Shown: positions 40,901-51,900, counted from the first letter of the stretch. The stretch: 64,000 nt of DNA from Gammaproteobacteria bacterium (GCA_003645455.1 QNFE01000002.1:10428-74427), one strand, 5' to 3'. Translations and numbers: made by a program. Notes: generated by a model from the letters alone, not told the origin.

Positions 40901-42073
40901 TTATTTTAACTGTAAAAATTGTTGGGATATTGCTGTGGCATCAAAACGATTAAACCAGTGTGTTTTTATTTTTATCGGATTTTTGAGTGCATAGTTTATT
41001 TTGTCTGCTAAGTCTTGAGGGTTGTTTTTGGCTATCAGTTTTGCCTGCTCTTCTATTAAAATGTCTCTTATTCCACCAGGGCAATCTACTGCCACAACTG
41101 GTGTGCCACAAGCCAAGGATTCTACATTAACAAAACCAAAACCCTCATGCACCGAACTTAAAACAAAAAGTTTGGCAGCTCTCATCCAAGGATAGGGATT
41201 TTGTTTTTCTCCGACAAAAAAAACTTTTTTATCAATTTTTAACTCTTTGGCAAGTTGCTGTAATTTTTTTAAAGTTGCCCCATTGTCTCTGTCTGCTCCT
41301 ACAATAATTAACGATTCTTTTATATTAGCAATCTTATAAGCCTCTAATAATAAGGGTTGATTTTTTTGATAGGTTAGTCTGCCAACCTGAACTATATAAT
41401 CCTTGACTGGAATAGATATTTTTTCTTTTGAAAGCTTAATAATTTTCTCAATGGGACATGGATTTGGGATAATTGTCAATGATTTAGCTTTTAAGCCATA
41501 TTTTTGGAGTTTTTCTTGCATACTTTTTTTGGTGCCACTTGAATTTGCTACAATATTTTTATTAGAAAATCTTAATTTTGTATAAAATTTATCAAGAAAA
41601 TTGTGTTGTGGTTTATTAAAAGGCGAGACTATCATAAGATATAACCGCTTATCATTGTAATTCCATACGTGCTCAAAAGAGCCTTGTCCTACCATAATAA
41701 TTTTATCAAATTTATTATATTTTTGTTCTAATTTTCTTATTTTCCATCTTAACATCAAGCCACCATATGCTCCCGAGAAAACAAAAGATGATTTTGGTAA
41801 TATTGACCGAAGGATTATTTTGGTAATTATTTGGTATATCAATCCTATCCCAGTCAAAGCAAATATTTTTTCATAATTAAAATAATGTAAATGTAATTTT
41901 TTATTTATTGTTAGTTCAATTTTTGGTTTAAAATGCAAGAGGTGGACTTCAATGTTTTGCTCTATCCAAGCATCTACCAGATTTAAGGCATGAATTTCCA
42001 AACCTCCCATTTTCAAATTACGAATAATTATTAAAACATTTTTTTTGTTAGGGTTACTTTGTTGTCTTTTCAT
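40901..42073 (-). CDS. GT4 glycosyltransferase
   Basis: GGLE, VGRL..QK, SS..EGFG....E. Confidence 0.88.
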   Translation of the reverse strand: MKRQQSNPNKKNVLIIIRNLKMGGLEIHALNLVDAWIEQNIEVHLLHFKPKIELTINKKLHLHYFNYEKIFALTGIGLIYQIITKIILRSILPKSSFVFSGAYGGLMLRWKIRKLEQKYNKFDKIIMVGQGSFEHVWNYNDKRLYLMIVSPFNKPQHNFLDKFYTKLRFSNKNIVANSSGTKKSMQEKLQKYGLKAKSLTIIPNPCPIEKIIKLSKEKISIPVKDYIVQVGRLTYQKNQPLLLEAYKIANIKESLIIVGADRDNGATLKKLQQLAKELKIDKKVFFVGEKQNPYPWMRAAKLFVLSSVHEGFGFVNVESLACGTPVVAVDCPGGIRDILIEEQAKLIAKNNPQDLADKINYALKNPIKIKTHWFNRFDATAISQQFLQLK

Positions 42074-42815
42074 TTTCTTGTAATTCTAATAATTTAATAT
42101 ATTTCATATAAACATGAAAAACTGTTGTTATTGTAACAGTCGCTCCATCTAAGCCTTGAAAAATGCCACCTTTGAATATATATTTTCGTAAAAAAGCTAC
42201 TATGGAGTGAATAATTGGAGTTGCTTTGGAGGCTCTAACTCCTTTTTGTTGCATAGCCCAAGCATCTCTGGTGCTAAGAGTGTTTATTCTTTCTATCCAG
42301 TTTTGATAACTAAGATAAGTATAATGAATTATATGAGAGTTAAGTTTTTTTACTCTATCCGCTTGCACAAAAGAGTGAGATTTCTTGTCAGAGTATTGGC
42401 AGGTTTTCTTGTTATATAAACGGATTACATTATCAGGATAAAAACCCGCAGCTTTTATCCATTTTTTACCAACAAAATTTTTACGAGCAAAAGAGTAAGC
42501 ATCGTATTCATTTTTTATCAAATCAATATTTTGAATTTCAGCCACCATATCTTGATCTAATCGCTCATCGGCATCAATACTTAAAATCCAGTTATTTTTT
42601 GCATATTGAACACCAAACTGTTTTTGCGGACCATCGCCCTGATATTTTTGGACATATACTTTTGCCCCCATAGATTTTGCAATTTTAACCGTATCATCAG
42701 TGCTTTTAGAATCTACCACAATAACCTCATCGCATATCTTTACAACCGATTCTATGCAATTTTTTATATTATACTCTTCGTTCAAAGTTATAATTGTAAC
42801 GGTAATTTTATTCAT
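42054..42815 (-). CDS. GT2 glycosyltransferase (WaaE/KdtX-like)
   Basis: IITLNEE, VDS.STD.T, IDADE. Confidence 0.88.
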   Translation of the reverse strand: MNKITVTIITLNEEYNIKNCIESVVKICDEVIVVDSKSTDDTVKIAKSMGAKVYVQKYQGDGPQKQFGVQYAKNNWILSIDADERLDQDMVAEIQNIDLIKNEYDAYSFARKNFVGKKWIKAAGFYPDNVIRLYNKKTCQYSDKKSHSFVQADRVKKLNSHIIHYTYLSYQNWIERINTLSTRDAWAMQQKGVRASKATPIIHSIVAFLRKYIFKGGIFQGLDGATVTITTVFHVYMKYIKLLELQENEKTTK

Positions 42816-42859
42816 TTTTATTTTTGTTAAAAAAGATAACACAGGCACTAATTTTCATG

Positions 42860-43017
42860 GAGACCTTTGCATAAATCAAGTGCGATTTAGAGCAATAGAA
42901 AATAGTGCATATTTTATTAAAAAAAGAGGTGCATAGCCTGCTATTTGACGAATTTTTTAATATAATAGGTGCATTTTATTGTTGGTATAAGTTGTGCTTG
43001 CTCTATGCAAAGGTCTC
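42860..43017. mobile_element. MITE, long form (158 bp), inserted in the last codons of the ATPase gene
   Basis: IRs present; flanks TCATG/TCATC (4 of 5 match). Confidence 0.88.
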
Positions 43018-44315
43018 TCATCGTTTAAATCTGCATAAAGTGGTAAAAAATTCAAATTATCAATCTGCCCTATATTACCACTATTTAAAACAAAGCCTTG
43101 TTTTATTTTTGGATTTTCTTTTAAAAATAGATGCAAACTTTTGAGTTTTCCGGCTGGTCCATTTTTTATTTCAATCGGATATATTTTATTATCTCGGACA
43201 ATTAGATAATCAACTTCGGCATTAGAGTTTTTTTTATTACGTTGCCAATAAAATAATCTGTTATTCTGTGAGCCGCCGTTTGCCATTAACTCTTGTCCTA
43301 TATATTGCTCGGCTAATGCTCCACGATAAGTTGCCAATAAATCATTGTTTTGAATAAATTCTGTCGGGTTTATGCCACAAATATGTTGCATCAAACCTAT
43401 GTCGAGAAAACAAATTTTAAAAGATTTAATGTTTGCTCCTTGCGTTAATGGCAAACCACTTGCACTTGTAGCATAACTTATATTTATCAACATTGCCTTT
43501 CTTAAAACTTGTAAAATATTTTTTATTTTATAAGCTGTAATATCTTTTGATATAGTGGTATATTTTATCTCTTGTCCGACAAGTGATGGCAATTTTTCAA
43601 AAACAAAAGATAAAGAATCTGTTTGGATGTTTTTTTGATATTTTAAAATATCTTGCAAAAATGATGTGATTAAATTTGAATGGACTTTGACAACATACCT
43701 CATTGATTTTGTTATATAGGTTTTTACTGCCTCTGGCATCCCGCCGACTAACATATATTCTTTTAATAATTTTAATAATTTATTGTGAATTAAAACGGGT
43801 AATTTTTTGTTATCTTGCAAGTTTGGGCGATATTTTAATAATTTTTTATTTTTGGTGGCTATAAGAAATTCAGCAAAACTCATCGGCAACATATACATAA
43901 ACTCAACCCTGCCAACTGGATAGGATATTTTGTCTAACTCAAATTCCAAAAGAGAGCCTGCCGCTACGATATGTAATTTTGGCATATCTTCATAAAAATA
44001 TCGCAAAGCCATCAATGCTCTTGGCGCTAACTGGATTTCATCCAAAAATAATAGGGTTTTGCCGATGATAATATTAGTTTTTGTTTCAATTTCAATTATA
44101 TCAACGATTTTTTGAGCATCAAAATCTTCTGCAAAAATTTTAATAAAACTGTGGTTTTTTTCAAAGTCAATTTTTATATAGTTTTCAAAATTTTCATTGG
44201 CAAACTTTTCAATTATATAAGTTTTGCCAACTTGACGAGCACCACGGACAATCAACGGTTTTCTGTCAGTTGATTTTTGCCATTTTTTTAAACTCTTATC
44301 TACAAACCTTCTCAT
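42957..44315 (-). CDS. AAA_14 ATPase with DUF4143 / C-terminal PD-(D/E)xK-like domain
   Basis: GARQVGKT, LFLDEIQ, GGMP, EVDY...PIEIK. Confidence 0.88.
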   Translation of the reverse strand: MRRFVDKSLKKWQKSTDRKPLIVRGARQVGKTYIIEKFANENFENYIKIDFEKNHSFIKIFAEDFDAQKIVDIIEIETKTNIIIGKTLLFLDEIQLAPRALMALRYFYEDMPKLHIVAAGSLLEFELDKISYPVGRVEFMYMLPMSFAEFLIATKNKKLLKYRPNLQDNKKLPVLIHNKLLKLLKEYMLVGGMPEAVKTYITKSMRYVVKVHSNLITSFLQDILKYQKNIQTDSLSFVFEKLPSLVGQEIKYTTISKDITAYKIKNILQVLRKAMLINISYATSASGLPLTQGANIKSFKICFLDIGLMQHICGINPTEFIQNNDLLATYRGALAEQYIGQELMANGGSQNNRLFYWQRNKKNSNAEVDYLIVRDNKIYPIEIKNGPAGKLKSLHLFLKENPKIKQGFVLNSGNIGQIDNLNFLPLYADLNDERPLHRASTTYTNNKMHLLY

Positions 44316-44341
44316 TATTGATACTTATACAAAAAAACAAT

Positions 44342-44435
44342 ACTATAACAAACAAGATTGGATTATGCAAATTTATTTTAAAAACACCATTGGAAAATCA
44401 AAATAAATTTTTAAAACACTATTGGAAAAATCAAA
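44342..44435 (-). promoter_or_regulatory. Sigma70-like promoter with two upstream direct repeats
   Basis: Minus strand TTGCAT-17nt-TATAGT (44370-44342); plus-strand repeats AAAACACCATTGGAAAATCAAA (44381) and AAAACACTATTGGAAAAATCAAA (44413). Confidence 0.6.
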
Positions 44436-44437
44436 TT

Positions 44438-44779
44438 TTATAATTTTGATAATAATTCATCAATTTTTTGTGACTTTTCAGGAATATCATCATAAATAAA
44501 TTCAAGCTCTGGCATAATTCGCAGTTTCATTTTTTTGCTGATATGATATTTTAAAAATCCTTTAGCATGATTTAGGGGTTTAATTATGCTCTCATCTCCT
44601 GTTATTTCAGTTACATATATGCGGGCATAGGATAAATCATGAGTTAAGACTAATTCATTGATGGTAATAATTTTGTTGTTGAGGCTTGGGTCTTTCAATT
44701 GTGTATTGATAAGCACAGCTAATTCTTGGTGAATTTGATCACCTACCTTTAGGTTACGATTTTTGTTCTCTTGTTGCAT
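44438..44779 (-). CDS. rbfA: Ribosome-binding factor A
   Basis: DLSYARIY, LRIMPELEFIYD; follows infB. Confidence 0.93.
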   Translation of the reverse strand: MQQENKNRNLKVGDQIHQELAVLINTQLKDPSLNNKIITINELVLTHDLSYARIYVTEITGDESIIKPLNHAKGFLKYHISKKMKLRIMPELEFIYDDIPEKSQKIDELLSKL

Positions 44780-44782
44780 TTT

Positions 44783-47341
44783 TTATTGTATTTTTTGCTG
44801 TATTTCTTCTCGGATATAAACCTCAATTTTGTCATCTTTTTTAATTTCATTATAATTTTTAACCCCGATACCACACTCGGTTCCCATCCGCACTTCTTTT
44901 ACCTCGTCTTTGAAACGTCGTAAGGATTCAACTTCGCCCTCATAGATGACAACATTATCGCGTAACACCCGAATTGGAGCATTAATTTTTATCTTGCCAT
45001 CAACTACCATACAGCCTGCTATGTCGCCTAATTTCTGTGAGCGGAATACTTCTGATACCTTGGCAGTTCCTATAATCTGCTCTTTAATTTGCGGAGATAA
45101 TAAACCTGATGCTGCGGCCTTTACCTCATCAATTAGTTCATAAATTATGCTGTAATAGTGTAAATCAAGTTTATTTTCATCAATTAGTTGTTTTGATTGT
45201 TTGTCGGCGCGAACATTAAAACCGAAAATTATGGCTTTGGCTGTGATGGCTTGTTGCACATCCGATTTTTTGATGCCACCTATGCCACCGAAAACCTTAA
45301 CGCTAATTTCATCATTTTTATCTTTGATGATTTCTAATGAATTTTTAATTGCCTCAAACGAGCCGTGAGTGTCGGCTTTTACTAAGATATTTAAAACCTT
45401 ATCACTTTTTTTGTTGGCAAAAAAATCATCTAATGTTTTTGGCTTGTTGGCAGCTTGTCTCTCTTGCACAAAATCGGCATGTCTTTGGTTGGTAAGCTCT
45501 CGTGCCATTCGCTCATTTTTAACGACCATAAACTTATCGCCTGAATTAGGTGGCGAGGAAAAACCTAACATTGAGGCAGGTAGGGCAGGTCCTGCATTAT
45601 CTAATTGATGATGATTTTCATCAAATAGAGTTCGCACCTTGCCAAATTCCACCCCTGCAACAATAATATCTGATTTTTTAAGTGTGCCATTTTGCACCAA
45701 CAAAGTTGCCATCACACCACGACCCTTATCAAGGCTGGTTTCAACGACAATTCCTGTGGCGTCTCCTGTTGAAAATGCATGTAATTCCAAAACTTCCGCT
45801 TGTAAGATAATGTTATCTAATAAGTCGTCAATACCAGCACCTGTTTTAGCAGATATTTCAACAAAAATATTTTCTCCACCCCAATCTTCTGGAATTACCT
45901 CTAACTTACTTAACTCTTGTTTTACTTTTTCAACATTGGCATTTTCTTTGTCTATTTTGTTGATGGCAACTATGATTGGTGCATTGGCAGATTTGGCATG
46001 TTCTATCGCCTCAACAGTCTGAGGTTTGACACCATCATCGGCTGCCACTATCAAAATTACAATATCGGTTAAATCAGCACCACGAGATCGCATCGCGCTA
46101 AATGCGGCATGTCCTGGGGTATCTAAAAATGTTACCATCCCTTTTTTGGTTTCCACATGATAGGCACCAATATGCTGGGTTATGCCACCTGATTCCGAAT
46201 CTGATACTTTGGTTTGACGAATATAATCCAATAGTGAAGTTTTGCCGTGATCAACATGCCCCATCACAGTAACAATAGGGGCTCTGGTAATTTTATCGCT
46301 ATATTTTTTGTTAATTTTTTCTTGAATATCTTTTTCTAATTGGTTGTCGTCTGATTCTTGAGAGGCTGTATGTTTTAAGTCTTCCACTAATAGAGTTGCT
46401 GTGTCGCGGTCAATAGCTTGGTTAATCGTGCTCATAACTCCCATTTTCATTAACTGCTTTATAACATCTCCTACTTTGAGTGACATTTGTTGGGCAAGAT
46501 TAGATATGTCGTTATGGTTGTAAATTTTTATTTTTTTAATCTGAGGTTCAACTGGTTTTTCAAATTCATGTTTTGTTTTGATGCTAACAACTGATTTTTG
46601 TTTTTTGTTTTTGTTGTGAAGAGCCATTTTTTCAGGACTTAGATGAAGTTTATCTCTGTTGGCGATAGCCACATCTATTTCATTGCGTTTTTTGCCACCA
46701 CGGCGACGATTTTTCTTTTTCTTTTTTTTCTGGGTTAGTTCTTTTTCTAGTGATTTTATGTCTTCTTTTTGTTCCAATTTATCTGTTTTTTTAATGACAA
46801 GTTGGGGCTCTTCTTTGATGTTATTGTCTGGGTTAATAATTTTTTTATTATCTGTTTTATTTTGTTCGTTTGTGGAAGCAATATTCTTGTTATTTTTGTT
46901 ATCTTTATTTTGTTGTATTCTTTCTTTTAGTTTTGCATCATTTTCTTTTTTCTTTTGTTCTTTATCTTGTAATTGCTTTTCTTTGAGTTCTTGGAACAGC
47001 TTTTGATGTTTTTGTTTGTCTTCTGTGGCTTGCATTTTGGTAGGTTTTTTTATAGGAGCATTTTTGTTTAATATTTTTTTGCCACCTTGCACATTTATAA
47101 CAACTTTATTTTTAGGAGATTTTTTTGCCGTTAATGTTGTGGTATTGACAAGATTTAATTTTTCTTTCTTTTTGGGAGAATTTGATGAGCTACGATAGAA
47201 TTTTGCCATCTGCACAAATTCTTCATTAGTCAAACTATCTGCTGCTTTTTTTATGCCAATATCTGCTGTGACTAAATCCTTGATAAAGACATCAAGTGAT
47301 TTTTTAAACCTATTAGCAAATTGTTCAACTGTTTGACTCAT
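44783..47341 (-). CDS. infB: Translation initiation factor IF-2
   Basis: GHVDHGKT, DTPGH, NKID. Confidence 0.97.
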   Translation of the reverse strand: MSQTVEQFANRFKKSLDVFIKDLVTADIGIKKAADSLTNEEFVQMAKFYRSSSNSPKKKEKLNLVNTTTLTAKKSPKNKVVINVQGGKKILNKNAPIKKPTKMQATEDKQKHQKLFQELKEKQLQDKEQKKKENDAKLKERIQQNKDNKNNKNIASTNEQNKTDNKKIINPDNNIKEEPQLVIKKTDKLEQKEDIKSLEKELTQKKKKKKNRRRGGKKRNEIDVAIANRDKLHLSPEKMALHNKNKKQKSVVSIKTKHEFEKPVEPQIKKIKIYNHNDISNLAQQMSLKVGDVIKQLMKMGVMSTINQAIDRDTATLLVEDLKHTASQESDDNQLEKDIQEKINKKYSDKITRAPIVTVMGHVDHGKTSLLDYIRQTKVSDSESGGITQHIGAYHVETKKGMVTFLDTPGHAAFSAMRSRGADLTDIVILIVAADDGVKPQTVEAIEHAKSANAPIIVAINKIDKENANVEKVKQELSKLEVIPEDWGGENIFVEISAKTGAGIDDLLDNIILQAEVLELHAFSTGDATGIVVETSLDKGRGVMATLLVQNGTLKKSDIIVAGVEFGKVRTLFDENHHQLDNAGPALPASMLGFSSPPNSGDKFMVVKNERMARELTNQRHADFVQERQAANKPKTLDDFFANKKSDKVLNILVKADTHGSFEAIKNSLEIIKDKNDEISVKVFGGIGGIKKSDVQQAITAKAIIFGFNVRADKQSKQLIDENKLDLHYYSIIYELIDEVKAAASGLLSPQIKEQIIGTAKVSEVFRSQKLGDIAGCMVVDGKIKINAPIRVLRDNVVIYEGEVESLRRFKDEVKEVRMGTECGIGVKNYNEIKKDDKIEVYIREEIQQKIQ

Positions 47342-47343
47342 TG

Positions 47344-48786
47344 TTATGCACCTTTATTTTCATCATCAGGGATATTGATTTTATCGTTTTTATGCTCTGT
47401 TTTTTTTGTGTCTTGATCAGAAGATTGATTATCACTATTGTTTTGAGTTTCATCCTCTTCGTTATCTTCGTCTTGATTTGACAAAAGATATTCCATTGCC
47501 CGATCTTGCAGAGTTTGGGCGATTTGATCGTCCAAAACATCAATATTAATTAATTGTTCCACATCAGTGTAGGCTAATTGTTCAATGCTCTGGAATCCCT
47601 CTTGTGCCAAAATTGTCGCAAAATCTTCGTCAATGTCCAAGTATTTAACAAACAATTTAATGACATTCTTTTGCTCCTCGCTTTGATCTTTATCGGATTG
47701 TGACTCATCTACCACATTTAGGCTCCATCCAGTAAGCTCAGATGCCAATCTTACATTCTGACCACTTCTGCCGATAGCTTGTGATAAGTTGTCTTTGGAG
47801 ACCAACACATCCATTGATTTGTTATCTTCATCCATGGATACCGAGCTTATTTCAGCAGGAGACATGGCATTTATAATAAACTGCACTATATCATTATCCC
47901 AAAGAACGATATCAACTCGCTCGCCATTTAATTCGTCTGATATGGTTTGCACCCTGCTACCACGCATTCCTACACAAGCACCGACTGCATCCAAACGAGG
48001 ATCCAAAGCTTGCACGGCAATTTTTGCTCGCATTCCAGGGTCGCGAGCGGCTGTATGTAATTTTATAATTCCTTGTCCTATCTCTGGCACTTCTAATTCA
48101 AACAAGCGCATTATAAAATCAGAGCTGGTGCGAGAGGCCAATAAAACCGGACCCTTGCGTTCGATATTTATATCACTTAAAATTGCTCGCACTCTATCAC
48201 CCTTACGAATTGACTCTCGTGGAATTATATCTGCTTTAGGAATCAAGGCTTCTATGTTTTCTTCTAACTCTATATAGGCACCATTTCTATCAACTCTTTT
48301 TATGTTGCCCATAATTAACTCACCTACCTTACCCTGATAAGCTTCAATAATTTTATTACGCACGGCATCTTTTACTTTTTGAAAAATTACCTGTTTTGCA
48401 CTTTGGATTGAGATTCTGCCAAAAGCTGTCTGTTCTATTTCTTCTGTAATAAAACCACCCTCTATTATATCAGGCTCTAATTCAATGGCAGCAGATAGGG
48501 TTATGTGTTTTGTGCCGATAAAATCTTTTTGTTCAAAATCTTCGGCATTTTCGTCAACTGCCATCCAGGCACGATATGTTTTATATGAGCCATCTTCGCG
48601 ATTAATTTTAACCTTGGCATCTATGTTTAATTTATGTGTTCGGCGAACAGCAGATGCCAGCGCTTCTTCTAAGGCAGCAAAGATAACCTCTTTTTCAACA
48701 TTCTTCTCATTCGAGACGACATCAACGACCATTAAAATTTCTTTGTGGTCAATTACCTGATTCGTTATTTTTTTTGGTTTTGCCAT
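47344..48786 (-). CDS. nusA: Transcription elongation factor NusA
   Basis: FGRI..Q.AKQV, ARDPG.RAK, AIGRSGQNVRLA. Confidence 0.96.
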   Translation of the reverse strand: MAKPKKITNQVIDHKEILMVVDVVSNEKNVEKEVIFAALEEALASAVRRTHKLNIDAKVKINREDGSYKTYRAWMAVDENAEDFEQKDFIGTKHITLSAAIELEPDIIEGGFITEEIEQTAFGRISIQSAKQVIFQKVKDAVRNKIIEAYQGKVGELIMGNIKRVDRNGAYIELEENIEALIPKADIIPRESIRKGDRVRAILSDINIERKGPVLLASRTSSDFIMRLFELEVPEIGQGIIKLHTAARDPGMRAKIAVQALDPRLDAVGACVGMRGSRVQTISDELNGERVDIVLWDNDIVQFIINAMSPAEISSVSMDEDNKSMDVLVSKDNLSQAIGRSGQNVRLASELTGWSLNVVDESQSDKDQSEEQKNVIKLFVKYLDIDEDFATILAQEGFQSIEQLAYTDVEQLINIDVLDDQIAQTLQDRAMEYLLSNQDEDNEEDETQNNSDNQSSDQDTKKTEHKNDKINIPDDENKGA

Positions 48787-48790
48787 ATTT

Positions 48791-49246
48791 TTATCCCTTA
48801 ATCTGTCCTACAATATTTGCTTTTGCAATATTTTGATAGTCAATTTCTATTTGTTGTTTATTTTCAATTATTGTTATGGTGTCATCATCAACTTTTTTAA
48901 TAATTCCTTTATAGTTCTTTTGATTATTTACAATGTTTGGAACTAATAGTTTTATTTTAACTTGCTCCTCTATGTGTTTTGCATAGTCGTCAATCTCAAA
49001 TAATGGTCTGTTAATGCCAGGAGATGAAACTATTAAATTTTTAATGTTGTCTGATAGATTTTCAACATCAAGAAGAACATTTAAATTCCGACTGTATTTT
49101 GCACAATCGTCAGCATTGATAGCATTATTTTTGTCGATGTATATCTCCAAAATACCGTTGCTGTGATTAAAGTTCAAACCAACAAATTCATATGATAACG
49201 AATCCGCTATGTTTTTACACAATATTTTAATTTTATCTATAACCAT
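48791..49246 (-). CDS. rimP: Ribosome maturation factor RimP
   Basis: IYID...I..DDC, VSSPG..RPL; upstream of nusA. Confidence 0.92.
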   Translation of the reverse strand: MVIDKIKILCKNIADSLSYEFVGLNFNHSNGILEIYIDKNNAINADDCAKYSRNLNVLLDVENLSDNIKNLIVSSPGINRPLFEIDDYAKHIEEQVKIKLLVPNIVNNQKNYKGIIKKVDDDTITIIENKQQIEIDYQNIAKANIVGQIKG

Positions 49247-49274
49247 AATCAGTATTATGAGACCCTCGCATAAT

Positions 49275-49294
49275 AAAAAAGCTCCAAATGGAGC
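49275..49294 (-). terminator. Possible terminator or attenuator after tRNA-fMet
   Basis: GCTCCATTTGGAGC followed by TTTTTT on the minus strand. Confidence 0.5.
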
Positions 49295-49303
49295 CCTATA
49301 AAG

Positions 49304-49380
<77 letters not shown>

Positions 49381-49512
49381 TCAAAAAAAATTACTATCAA
49401 GCCGAGTATTATAATCTTTTTTTAACAAAATGCAAATTTTTTATTATTTTATTTGACATTATGGATTTAATATATGATAATGTGCTTTTTTATTTCTTTA
49501 TTTATTTTAATT

Positions 49513-49776
49513 ATGGCAAATACAAATCAGGCAAAAAAAAGAGCAAGACAGGCGGAAACTCACAGGTTAAGAAACACATCTTCTCGCTCTATGATGCGCA
49601 CCTACCTTAAAAATACAATTGCCGCAATAGATGAAAAAGACAAAAAAACAGCCGCAGAAAAATATTTATTATTAGTGCCAGTATTAGATAAATCAGTCTC
49701 AAAAGGCTTAATCCACAAAAACAAAGCTGCAAGATATAAAAGTCGACTTAACACAAAAATCAAATCATTATCATAA
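49513..49776 (+). CDS. rpsT: 30S ribosomal protein S20
   Basis: MAN...[21 protein letters not shown]. Confidence 0.96.
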   Translation: MANTNQAKKRARQAETHRLRNTSSRSMMRTYLKNTIAAIDEKDKKTAAEKYLLLVPVLDKSVSKGLIHKNKAARYKSRLNTKIKSLS

Positions 49777-50409
49777 CAATTCTGTGATATTGTCAATAAT
49801 TGATAGTGGTTTATATTTTTGTAAATCTTGTGGGCAATGCACTCCATAGCTGACCCCTATACTTGCTACCTTAGCATTTTGTGCCATCTCTAAGTCATAG
49901 GTAGTATCTCCTATTATTATAGCTTGTGATGATTTAAAATTTAATTGTTGTAAAATTTCATTTATCATTTGAGGATGGGGTTTATTTTTTGTTTGTTCGG
50001 CAGTGCGATAGGTCGCAAAAAACTTTGTTAACTTAGTGTTTTTTAAATCTGATAGTAATCCTCTCTCGCCCTTGCCTGTAGCTATTGCAAGAATATACCC
50101 CCTATCATATAGTTTTTCAATGGTAGATTTTGCATTTTCAAATAAGTCGCTACTCTGTGGTTCTGATGAAAAATAACAATTGCGATAAATCTTGACTGCT
50201 TTTTTTATATCAAATTGTTCGGTGGGGAATAAGGTTAAAATTGCATTTTCTAATCCTAAACCAATTATATTTTTTAATTCAATATCTGTGCATTTGGGTA
50301 GTTTTAATGTTGTTGCCATAGATTTCAGACAACCGACAATTTTTGCCTCTGAGTTCATAATTGTGCCATCCCAGTCAAAAATCAATAATTTTATTTTTTT
50401 GTTATTCAA
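49771..50409 (-). CDS. HAD-IA hydrolase (phosphoglycolate phosphatase-like)
   Basis: IFDWDGT, ATGK, KPHP, GDT.YD. Confidence 0.88.
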   Translation of the reverse strand: MNNKKIKLLIFDWDGTIMNSEAKIVGCLKSMATTLKLPKCTDIELKNIIGLGLENAILTLFPTEQFDIKKAVKIYRNCYFSSEPQSSDLFENAKSTIEKLYDRGYILAIATGKGERGLLSDLKNTKLTKFFATYRTAEQTKNKPHPQMINEILQQLNFKSSQAIIIGDTTYDLEMAQNAKVASIGVSYGVHCPQDLQKYKPLSIIDNITELL

Positions 50410-50728
50410 TGTGGTTTTGCCCCCACTTTTTCATTTGCTCTAAAATTGGTAATAGAGTTTTGCCATAATCACTTATATTATACAATACTTTTGGTGGCAC
50501 CTCTGGATATATTTTTTTTTCAATTATACCGTCATTAACTAATTCTTGTAATTTATTTGCCAAAGTTTGTTTTGATATTTTGTCAGTATTTTTTAGTATA
50601 ATTCCAAACCTATTATATCCTAACAGTATCAAAAATAAAATTATAGGTTTATATTTTCCACCAATTTTTGACATACAATAGGTTATAGGGCATTTAAATT
50701 GATCCGTAGTATATTTTTTTTCAGGCAT
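50402..50728 (-). CDS. HxlR-family winged-helix regulator
   Basis: CP......IGGKYK..IL, IYPEVPPKV.Y; divergent from the MBL gene. Confidence 0.88.
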   Translation of the reverse strand: MPEKKYTTDQFKCPITYCMSKIGGKYKPIILFLILLGYNRFGIILKNTDKISKQTLANKLQELVNDGIIEKKIYPEVPPKVLYNISDYGKTLLPILEQMKKWGQNHIE

Positions 50729-50880
50729 AATGTGTTCTAAATTACAATTATCAATATTTATAGACTAACTACATTTTTTTAGACTACTTGACACAATTTA
50801 GTCATTTTCTTACAATACCTTATTTGACAATTTAATTTTGTCAATATTCGTTGCAAGATAAAAATCTTGTATTATACATT

Positions 50881-50977
50881 GAGACCTTTGCATAATTCAA
50901 GTGCGGTTTAGAATAATAAGAAAATAGTGCATATTTTATTGTTGTTATAAATTGTGCTTAAAGCATGCAAAGGTCTC
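50881..50977. mobile_element. MITE, short form (97 bp)
   Basis: IRs present; flanks ACATT/ATATT (4 of 5 match). Confidence 0.88.
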
Positions 50978-51000
50978 ATATTATCTTTTGGAGAATTTTT

Positions 51001-51876
51001 ATGAAAATTATTTTTAAAACACTTATAACAGCTGTATCTTTATCTTTTTTGTCATCTGTTTTATATGCAAATGACACTAAAAATATTGAAATTATGGAGA
51101 TTGGTGACAACAAAATTCATACATTTTATGGCATTTCAAACTCACATATTATTGAAACCCCATCAAAACTTATTTTGATAGATATGCAGTTTAATTTTAA
51201 ATTAGCTACAAAACTCAATGAGTATATTAAAACTTTAAAAAAACCATTGAGCAAAATTATTTTATCACATTCACACCCTGACCATTGGTTTGGTTATCCG
51301 ATTTTTAAAGATGTGCCGATTATAACTACCTCGGGTATTGTTGCAGATTTAAACCATAAGGGAGCGTTTTATATAAAAAGATTGCAGAAAAAAATGGCAG
51401 CTATTATCCCTAAAAAACCAGTTGAACCTCTTACAACTTTAAAACTTGGCAAGCAAAACTGGGGTGGATTGGATGTTATTGTAGAAGAATATACCGAACA
51501 AGAAGCCCATCATTCAATTTTGATAAAAATCCCCCAGCATAAAGTTATGATAGGTCAGGATTTGTTTTATAACAATATGCACCTTGTAGCATCGCAGCGA
51601 AGTCGTAATAATAACTGGATTAAAATTTTACAATCTTTTCAAAAAAATGAAGCAAAATTATATGATAAAATTTTAACAGGTCACGGTAAAAATACTGATA
51701 CTTCTGTATTTGCTGATAATATAACTTATCTACAGAAATTAGAGCAAATTTTGGCATCAGGTGCCAACAAAGAAGAAACAAAAGAACAGCTAATCAAAGC
51801 ATTTCCTGATAGAGGTGGCAAAGGCTTTATCAATATTACAGTTGGTAATTTGTTTGTCGACAAGAACAAAAAATAA
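51001..51876 (+). CDS. Exported metallo-beta-lactamase-fold hydrolase
   Basis: Signal peptide, SHSHPDHW, QDL, TGHG. Confidence 0.85.
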   Translation: MKIIFKTLITAVSLSFLSSVLYANDTKNIEIMEIGDNKIHTFYGISNSHIIETPSKLILIDMQFNFKLATKLNEYIKTLKKPLSKIILSHSHPDHWFGYPIFKDVPIITTSGIVADLNHKGAFYIKRLQKKMAAIIPKKPVEPLTTLKLGKQNWGGLDVIVEEYTEQEAHHSILIKIPQHKVMIGQDLFYNNMHLVASQRSRNNNWIKILQSFQKNEAKLYDKILTGHGKNTDTSVFADNITYLQKLEQILASGANKEETKEQLIKAFPDRGGKGFINITVGNLFVDKNKK

Positions 51877-51900
51877 CGATTAGTTATATATTGCCCTATA

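Noticed and set aside
44946-48760. Antisense ORFs within infB and nusA, and similar shadow ORFs elsewhere
   Set aside because: Opposite-strand shadows of conserved genes with no recognisable motifs
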